DNA from: Paraspadella gotoi
Taxonomy: Eukaryota; Animalia; Chaetognatha
Direction: 5' to 3'
DNA: 64,000 nucleotides
NCBI GenBank assembly: GCA_051294375.1
Contig: CM119265.1
Location: 14,918,963-14,982,962, forward strand
The translations under genes and the position numbers were made by a program. Shown here one piece after another: positions 54,684 to 64,000 of the stretch (its first letter is position 1; each line of letters starts with the position of its first letter). Under the pieces are notes generated by a model. The model did no database searches. It was not told the origin of the DNA and saw only the letters and a program-made list of their open reading frames with translations.

Positions 54684-54916
54684 CTAAATTTTTGTGCTTA
54701 AAAAAGTAAGCAGGACAGACAGACCGACTGACACCAACGTTATAAGTTATACGGGGGTTGCTTCGCGAGTCCTGGCTGCGTAAATAAAAAAAATTAAATC
54801 TCACCAACCGTAGCTTTCAACTTTTGTTTCGGTAGGCTTTCTAGAAGAGCAAAATTTTGAGAAAGGTGTATGAGAACTTCAATTCAAGCCGATTTTAATT
54901 TTTCATAGATTCTCTC

Positions 54917-57900
54917 ATTATAGAGAACCACAGGCGATAACTGCTTTAGTGGAATGAAGGTCGACTGCTGAGGCATAGTTGACGGGATACGGGAGACGTT
55001 TGACGCGGGAGAGAGCACGCTGAGCAGCGCGCATTCGCCCGTTGACATCGATGTCTAGAATTCGCGGTGTCGTCGGGATGGGGATCGGAACTACGGGAGA
55101 CGGTGACGAAGAAACTTGAGGAAGTTGAGGCAGCCAGATGTTGAGTCGTTCGGCACTGGGAATATCTGGACCTATTAATAAATGATTGTGATTAGCTTTT
55201 TTTCAACTTAGATAATGGGCTCCCGCTAAGTTCAAAATAACAACGGGCATGGAATTCCAGATTGGGTTTCAGTAGCCTTCCGCAGGATCCGAAGATACTG
55301 GATAGTGGATACACGACAAAGAAAGGCGAGGCTACTCCGCTACAGCGTCTTCAATCAGTGTCTACACTTGTTGTCACACGTTTTTTCATTGAGTTTGCAG
55401 CATTCAAGAATATTGGAAGATTCCCCTTTAAATCCAACAGATGCGACTTATTATTGTGCTTTTTTTAATTAAGACCATAAACCATAAAAATATTGAAAAA
55501 TTCGTTATACCCTTGGGCCAGTCTGTCTTGCAATCATCATCTTTCTTACGACGAGAGGAAATGGCACTTTGTACGCAGAGATTACCAAACGTTTCCAAAT
55601 TTATACTGTCTTCCAAAGTTGGTTTCCGTTGTAAAAGGCGGGGATGGCTTTTTGTTGCTTTGCTTGGCGATCTACGATTTTAAATGAATTTTAAATGAAT
55701 ATAGACGTTTTGTTTTCTGGAATGGAATGTTATGGCGTAATTATCAGATTAGCTAATTAGGAAAGTACCAACTGGGATAAGTCCAATTAAAGGAAAAAAT
55801 TTACTTTCGCCGACCAGGGTTTTTGTATCTTTTGAAAAATTATTTTTTTTAAAAAAAATTAAGAAAAATTATTACCTAATTACCGATTCCCTAAACCCTC
55901 ACTACCCCTAACTTTAAACCACCCTTAAACCATTATTAACCCTAACCCCCCTAAACCCGGTCGGCGAAAGTAAAATTAACCCCAATTGAGAGATACAGGG
56001 TCGGGATTCAAAATTTAAAAAATCCGTATCACTTTTTTATTTTGTGCTTTAGCTCATCAATCATCATACATGTCAAAAAATGGAATCTCAGAACTCTATA
56101 GCAAATTGGTGCAATGGTTTTTGCCCAGTAGCAAAAAGTATGTTTTATGGCGGACAAAAATCTACCAACCGTTCAGCAGCAGCCATTGGCGCCGGAGGCA
56201 AGTCATTCGCCTACCAACCCAAAGGTCTGGGGTTCTAGCCCGGTGGTCGCCTAGCAGTTAAGAGGGACGGGGCGCTTAACCCACCTGTAACACGGTGTTA
56301 CAGCCTGATCCGAAGCTCAGAGACTGCTTATATTGACCGGTTCTGTCATTAACACAACAATAATTACCGTCTCTTCATTGGTGAGCCCGACTTCCGAACA
56401 CAACAGCAACACTTTCAGGCGACATGCCTAAACCTGGCGATGCACTTTCCGCCAACAACACATCAGGCGACATGCCTCAACTTGGTGACAAACTTTCCAC
56501 CAACAACAACAATTCACTGAAGAGACGCAACAGACTTCTCCTTACGGAAGGGGGGATGTATGGTGGACTAAAATCCACCAACCGTTCATCAGTGGCCATT
56601 GGTGCCAGAGGCAAGTTATTCGCCTACCAACCCAAAGGTCCGGGGTTCTAACCCGGTGGTCGCCTAGCAGTTAAGAGGGACGGGGCGCTTAACCCACCTG
56701 TAACACAGTGTTACAGCCTGATCCAAAGCTCAGGGACTGCTTATATTGAACGGTTCTGTCATTAACACATAACAATAATTACTGTCTTTTCAGTTTTTTA
56801 TCTGATGCTGCAGTGGAATGCTATGAACGTGATATTTTATACAAAGAATTCCAACGACATTAGTTGTTGATTTCACAAGCTTACAGAGATCGCACTTAAC
56901 CAAAGTGGCCGCTACAGTATGAACTTAAGAAAAAAAACAAATGTTTACAACATTTTAATATTGCTTCTATTAATCAAGAATAAAAATAATTTTTCAGCTT
57001 AAAAACCACAGGGTTGTAAAAATAATATGTCCCAATAGATATTTCTGAGTTCTTCATTAGATCTCTTTAAAATTTTCTTTCTAGCATAGAAATGAGCAAC
57101 CAGCATGCATATTGTTAGTTTATGTTACAATTTCTGCCTGCAGCACCCTTTTAAATGATAAATTGATTCGGCTTGAGTGCACCGTTTTAAACTGAAAACC
57201 GGCGCGGAGCAAGTTCAACCAATGTTGCATTCTTCTCGGTAGCTCAGGGTATTGTAAAAGCATGAGAAAAATAAAACTTATATCAGAAAGAGAAAACATC
57301 AATGATTATTTTAATATATTATGAAATAAAATTTAATAATTATTTGCCATTGAAATCTAAGTTAAGTTAAGTTTTGAATCCCAACTTCTGTAAGATAACT
57401 TTCAAGGAATAGTAAACCATATTCCTTAATTTAAGAAAGCTTTAAAAGACAACTGTTGAAAAGTTTATTTATTCAATAAAAAAATATATAAAACATGGGT
57501 AAAATATTCTCAATATTTAGTATGCCCTCCCTCGGCATCGATTACTGCCTGCATTCGTCTCAAGAAAAAATAAAAGGAAACGACTGAAAGGAAATTCAAT
57601 ATAAATTCAAAAACATTCTGATTTTTTTTTAAAATCAAACAAGTTTTTGATTAGATATCCTCTACTAAAAATGTGATATACTTTTTTCCTAGATAGTATT
57701 GCACGCGGGTTCCATAAACATTGATAACGAAATGGTAATATTGCAACGTAAAATAAAATTACCTTTTGAGAATAGATTTTTCAACAAACTTTTCCGTCTC
57801 CGAAAGAAATGTATTTCCGGTGAGTAAAATAAATCCTTTCTCACGCTTGGAGTCGCCGAAACTACGAACATAGTAACAATAGGATTAAGGTATTTCGGGC

Positions 57901-58760
57901 CGCGAGTATTAATATAGAATTAACTTCGTAGAACAAACATTATACATACGTGTCAATCATATTCAACACCATTGAATGCCCCTTTCCTTTCAACAAGTCT
58001 TTTTTCGGCCAATCGTCTTGATACTATACGAATAAAGAAATTTTATTATTTCTATAATTACTGAATAGCATATGTACTATTATTTAGTATTGTGCATATA
58101 AAAACCATTTCAGTAACTATTTTGCAACCAGACAGCTCGTAGTCATAAATAAACTAAACGCAAAAATAGATTATTTTAAAATCTTTCCATTTAAAAAAGA
58201 ATGTAATAATTATTGAAGTTATTGTTAAAACCGGGTTCAAAGAATACCTTTCTCGTTTTCTTTTTTTTTGATTTGGGCGTTCTGTTCCCATCAAAAATAT
58301 ACATAAAAAAAGGCTCCCAAGAATAATCTGGGTCGCAAAACGTATAACTGAATCCCAAATCCATGTTTGAATTCGCGCGAGAACCAGGGAAATAGGTTTT
58401 CTCGCGGTCAAGAATGCTTTTTCTTAATCCATTAACTTCCAACATAATTAAAACGAGCAAAAATTAGGACGTAGTAGTTATGTTTATTTTAAATCCTTCG
58501 AGAACAAGATTAAACGTGTTTTCGGCTATGACTTGCGAAGATCTCTTTTGATATGAGACCAGAATGTGTCGAGAAAAATTTCGTGCGCTAGAAGAGAGGT
58601 TTTTTCGGCCAACATCAGCATATCGACGCAATATCGATGAATAATCATGTTTAGTTACTCTTTCATGCACAGGAAAAAGTGTCGATGAGACACGGAAAAA
58701 AGACATCCCAGTTGAAAATAATGATATTATTTTCAGCCAGTGCTTCATCGTCATCAAAAT
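54917..58760 (-). CDS. Unknown multi-exon gene or genes
   Basis: Series of exon-like ORF fragments ending ...RMRAAQRALSRVKRLPYPVNYASAVDLHSTKAVIACGSL*; no family recognised. Confidence 0.3.
56146..56792 (+). mobile_element. Complete miniature LTR element, second locus: LTR 56146-56377, PBS 56379-56391, PPT 56546-56556, LTR 56559-56792
   Basis: TSD GTTT (56142-56145, 56793-56796); PBS TGGTGAGCCCGAC; PPT GGAAGGGGGGA; internal region homologous to 27639-27796; twister motifs 56254-56327 and 56667-56740. Confidence 0.92.
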
Positions 58761-60234
58761 ACATACATATATTTGGCTATTTCACCGAAATATCTTAGTG
58801 AAAGTAATTCTAATATTAATAATGATTTACCTTATTTAAGTATATTTAGCGAATGGGTTGAGTGTGAAATGTATGTCGTAAACGTTTATTTCTTACCAAA
58901 ATAATTTTGAAAGAGATATACAATTTAAAGAAAAAATAGAGGAGATTGATTGGTAATTAGGAGCGAAATTCAAAGAAGAATTCATATCCGATATCGTGTC
59001 TGGAAACTTTTAAAATCGAGACTTCTTCCTCTCCCGCTTTATTTTCTCTTTCCTGGCTTTTTTCCTGTTTCATCAAGTCTAGATAACATTATAAATAATT
59101 TTTGTCTTTTCCTTAAAAGTCAGCTAATCATTATGATGAGGAAAGGAAGGATGATAAAAAAAAAATTCCAATCTTACGAACCAGAATTAAGACGCAGAGT
59201 CAGATCACGTTTAATTTGGTTTTTACCCTACTTATGATCATTTTTATTTCACTCGTTATCATATTTGATTCATAATCTTTTAGCTATAGTTGTCGTTTGG
59301 TATTCGGAAACTTAAGGTACTATATCCAAAAGTGTCAACCGCCCACAAAAATGGCAATCAAATAAACAAAAAAATTCATATGCCTTCATTAAAGTTTTAA
59401 ACAAATCCTGTCTAAACATTTTTGGATAAAATTTATAAAAACTATTTTAGAAAGGTATCCCATGATTAGATCTTTGATTTGAAATTTCGAAATTTCGAAT
59501 TTTAAACTATTTTACTGTATCATTCTAGCCAAATAATATTTTGTATTTATTTTTCCAGCATAACAGTCAGGAAAGGATGGCTTCTTATTAATACAAATAG
59601 TCAGATAAAGTAAATTCAATGACCAATTTTTTTTTTTCGGGCAAATGAATTTTATTTCTATTTTTCTTTGCGTCTTAAGTAGATTAAAAAATGATAGTTA
59701 AATAAGGGAAATTACTAATTAGTATAAATTATAAAATTGGAACCATCTTTAATTCTTAACTATAGAAAAAATAGAGAAAAGGATTCTCTGAGGACTAAAG
59801 AGCGGGACTTAACTAATTTATAGGATTCAGCATCGTCCACCGTATGTATAAGGGAGGAAGGAACTTTTGAATTGCAAGTGAGTCATGCCGCGATCTGTGC
59901 GGCCGGTTTTCTCTGATGCAACCGTTTCGCACATACGAGCAAAGAAGGAAACGGCGTAACGGGAAAAAAATATTTCGCGCATTATTATATTAATCAAAAC
60001 TTTATGATTTAAAACAACGTTTCTAAAGTTGTGTCAACCTATGAACAAAATATATTGTTCCATAGATTAAAAAACTTTCTATAAATTAAACGTAGCATAA
60101 ATATATATATTCTCCCCTGTTAATTTTCCTTGTTTAAGCACAACGAAAGTAGCCTGGGTGCTTGTTTACAAATACCGATTCTACGCAGTTACTGAACAAA
60201 ATGTAACCTTCGCTGACGAATTAAAATCGCAAGC

Positions 60235-63200
60235 TATGACAATCTTCGAGCCTCGCCCGCCATGGGGGATTCCAGGAGGTGGAAAAGGGGGCGTTCCACC
60301 GCCTTCCAATGTCCCCAGAACCACAAGTCATTACTACCATCAAAATTTAAACAGATATGGACAGCCCAAAATGCGACAACGACCCAAAAGCGATGAACAC
60401 AATCCTCCTTTACGGCATTTTTTAAGTCAGGAGAGTTCACGAAAAATTCCGACGCCACCAACCAAAACAAGCGGCAGTCCAAGAGAAGTAACGTTCGAAG
60501 TAAGTTATTTTCCGTGATTTAACTTTTGATGAAGCAATTCCAAGGTTTTGCGCTGCAATTGTTCAGTATAACAAGATTTATACAGCCTTAGCTTTCCGGT
60601 CACGGGATGATTATTCCTATTGATTATATGACTACTAGACCTTGCCAGAAAATTTGAAGTTTGTGATCCAGCTTAGTAGTAGGGCTCAAAACGAGCTTCA
60701 TACATGCGCGGATGTTTTACCATATTCCTTTTAAAAAAAAATTATGGGAAATGCTGCCAACTTTTAAAAAAATGCTGTTTTGTATTGGACTTATATATAT
60801 ATATATACTTATATGGCTTAGTATTTCATCAATTATTAAATTAAATTTTTGCTCATATGACCGAATTTCTTAATGATGACGTAGGATACGTGTGCGCAAA
60901 AAGTTACAAAACCTATCTGCTCTGCGACTATTATTGGCGCAAATAAAAATACGCCCTGAAATCCAATTTACATTTATACTTCAGGATAAGAAACAAATCT
61001 CAAGAACACTCTCGTTCGGTGCAATTATATTTGGAATGCTAATAGGAGCCACGGGAGGCGCTGGAGTGTTTTTTGGAATGTGGTGGTCTTTAAACTATAA
61101 TTTTTCCATTAGCGCAGGAATAGCCATTTCAGGTAAGAGGCAATGCCAATGGCTCCATTTTTTCACTTAATTATCAAAATATTAGCGTAATAAATTATAA
61201 TTTAATAAATATACAAAAACATTAACTTGGACAAAACCTAAGGTTAAATTCCCAGTATGGTGGGAGCAGGAGGCAAGTCATTCGCCTCCCAACCCAAAGG
61301 TCCGGGGGTTCTAGCAGTTAATAGGGACGGGGCGCTTAACCTGCCTGTAACACGGTGTTACATCCTGATCCGAAGCTCAGGGACTGCTTATATTGAATGG
61401 TTCTGTCACTAACACAATAATAATTACTGTCTCTTCACCAGTTTTATTTCAGTTAAAAATGTATTAATCTAGTTGAGATTCTTTCTATTGAATTTTTATT
61501 AAATTATACTGTAATTATTTGCCTCATTAGTGGGATTCGTAGCGGCAATTTTGTTATCGACTTCAGTTCATGCCCGCTGCTTAAGTTTATTGCTTCTACC
61601 TCAAATCGGCACCAGAGAAGGGCGTGCCATTATTTTGTCGATTATTTCTGGATTGATAATTACGGGGCCAATGGCTAATATTATTCAAAATTCACAGGTC
61701 CGTTTTACGAAACATATTAAATTTTACTTGATTGTGTAAAGAATAATACTTCCATATACTGCAGGAAGTAGGAAAGTCTCTGAGTTGCAGCTACGAAGTA
61801 TCGTACAACCAAAGTAAAATCTTGGCAGAAGTGGCGAAAGACCCCATGAATTCAATGAATGAAAAAATTGAAGGGAGTATCGAGCGAGCTAAAGCCTTTT
61901 CCGGAATAGTTGAGAAGGCAATAAGTGCCGTTCTCAAGAAAGTCGAAGTCTTTTCTAACGGTCTCGGAGATTTGGGACAAGGTAACTTTGGATAATGTTA
62001 TCTTCGAAATATGTACATTGTACAATATCTTAAGATTTTTTTCAAAAATAGGTTTAAGCATGGTAACAGAACGTTGTGAACTAGAAATGCATAATGTCAG
62101 AAATGCGTGTGTTTCTGGAATGGATCATGTATATCACACTTGTTTGGATAAAACAACTTACACAAAAACAAAATGCAACGAGGCACTTTCAACTGTAATA
62201 AATGGTGGAACATGTGACGTTCTTCAAGGTTCTGTTCAATAAATAAGACCATATACGAATAGCACTAAAATTTTCTTTAAGAATTAATAACTAGTATTAA
62301 CAACAGTATTAACAGGCAATAAATGCTGATATCATTTGATGTCCTTTTACAATCGATAAAACTAAAAAACAGATTTCACAAAAATAATAAATCAATCCAA
62401 ATGTAGGTATCGCTCAGACATGCATGGTTGTAGACTGGGGGCAGCTTTGTACATCGGTGGACTGGCTTGATCCCATTTCAAAACGTTGTAGAGAAGACAT
62501 GGGTGCCATTCGACGTGATTGTGAAGCTGCTATGACAGCTGTGGAAAAAGATTGTCGATGGATGGTGGGAAAAGCAGTCTCAGGTTATGAGCTTCTTCTT
62601 TTTCTTGTGATTGTCAGTGTTTTTCAAAATTTCACAACTTCATTTACAGGAGCATTATGCAAACCGGTTGATCTAGCAAAAATGACCTGTGTGGCTTTCA
62701 AGGAAGCTGATAGTTTATGCTCCTTAGCAACGGTTACGCAAGGAATGTGCAAGAGTCTGAATAAAGCAGCAAGAAACTTGGAATCATTCGGCGAAAGCGT
62801 AAATGAGGCATTTGATGAAGTCAGAGACTACTTCAAAGTTGATGCAGGTAATACTTAACGGTAATAACAAGTTTGACAGAAATATGTTCCAAATCATACA
62901 CTTATTCAAATTAAAAGGACCAGTTGACTGCCGACGGCCTTGTGAAAATACCAATTCTGTTCAACATTACCATAAGCAGTTATATAATATAATACAAAGT
63001 CCGACTACGTGAATTAAACTAAAGTTAGATTAAATTTAAAAATGAATAAATTATATAATGGATATTTTAATTGATAGCGCTTGATTTAATCAATAGTAAC
63101 AGAAATAAAATGTCATCTTGAAGTAGGCAAAAGTACAAATTCACAGAGAATTTTTTTTTCTTTAGTCGTGATTGGCGTCGCGAACACAACCCACAATACG

Positions 63201-64000
63201 TCGAAATCGAGGGAGCAAATTCAAGCTGCGATTAATACAGAAATAGAAGAGAGAACACAAACGCTTCGTTGGTTAACAGACATTGCTGGAAAACTACTTC
63301 CACTCACCATTCTTTTCTTATTAATTTCTTGTATTTTGTATATGAGAAAATATTTAAAAAACATAGAACACGATAACAAGTATATAACACCTAAATTTGC
63401 TGAAATTGACGACACTCTCGGAGCTTCATTTGGAAAATCCGAGAAACTAATGCCGCTTAAGCCACATGAGAAGGAAAGGTGAATGTAATGTTTATTGGGA
63501 AATGTGATCACTAAGTAATAAAGACAATATTAAATATGAAATTTTCCCTTACCCCAAGATATCAAGTTATACGCGGAGGATGCTGTGGACTGAAAATAAG
63601 TTGGATGGCAATAATTAAAGCAATAATTCCAATTATTTTGCACATGATCTTTTGTGCGCTCATTTGTCTTGGAGATTTTGGATTGTGGCTCATTTTGGCG
63701 GTTGCCAAAAAGCATGGATCTGTTGAATACAATGTGGAAGGAACGGCGAAATCAACCTATGAAATTAAGGTAAAATTAGTTTTTTTTTTTTTTTTAAATT
63801 ATTTTTGAATTATTCTTGGAACTTGTACCCTTACAAGGGTGATGGAATATTTGCAACTCTTCTGAAGGACTTCGTAGAGAGTTTATCCATGACCAAGAAA
63901 TACGAGATTAACGTATCTTCAGAATATTGTCTTCCTGAAGCCGTCCCACCAAATTGGAAACTAATTATGATTTGTCTTGGGCTGTACCTTTTGTCATTGT
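60235..64000 (+). CDS. DC-STAMP-domain protein (DCST1/DCST2/sneaky/SPE-42 family), 3' end beyond the window
   Basis: ARCLSLLLLPQIGTREGRAIIL..IITGPMANIIQN..SLSCSYE, Cys-rich ectodomain, YMRKYLKNIEHDNKYIT..F..ID..LMPLKPHE. Confidence 0.9.
61256..61437 (+). mobile_element. Solo LTR with internal deletions, in a DCST intron; twister motif 61314-61387
   Basis: TATGG...CTCTTCA; TSD CCAG (61252-61255, 61438-61441). Confidence 0.88.

Noticed and set aside
56515-56545. CTGAAGA in the element's internal region as a hammerhead core
   Set aside because: No stem II or GAAA follows; better explained as the complement of the LTR end.

Overview
AT-rich, intron-containing animal (invertebrate-like) genomic DNA from an error-prone assembly, with frameshifting indels, a 25-N gap and two probably artefactual tandem duplications. 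Recognisable genes: a CXorf65/C22orf15-like gene, FBXO47 (two copies because of the duplication), a Cys-less rhodanese, mitochondrial ClpP, an NR1-family nuclear receptor (ClpP probably nested in its first intron), a DC-STAMP-domain DCST gene, and several orphan genes. Repeats include Helentron-like elements, MITEs, Tc1 and LINE fragments, a tRNA-derived SINE and minimal hammerhead motifs. The main finding is a non-coding miniature LTR element. It occurs as two complete copies (27410-28027, 56146-56792) and three independent solo LTRs, all five with perfect 4-bp TSDs; the complete copies have a tRNA-Trp-like PBS and a PPT. Its ~234-bp LTR carries a tRNA-Gly-like internal Pol III promoter followed directly by a sequence matching a type-P5 twister ribozyme. 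This predicts a Pol III-driven, twister-processed, probably circular ~390-413-nt RNA, i.e. an animal LTR retrozyme using twister instead of hammerhead. Structures were inferred by eye; nothing was searched or tested.
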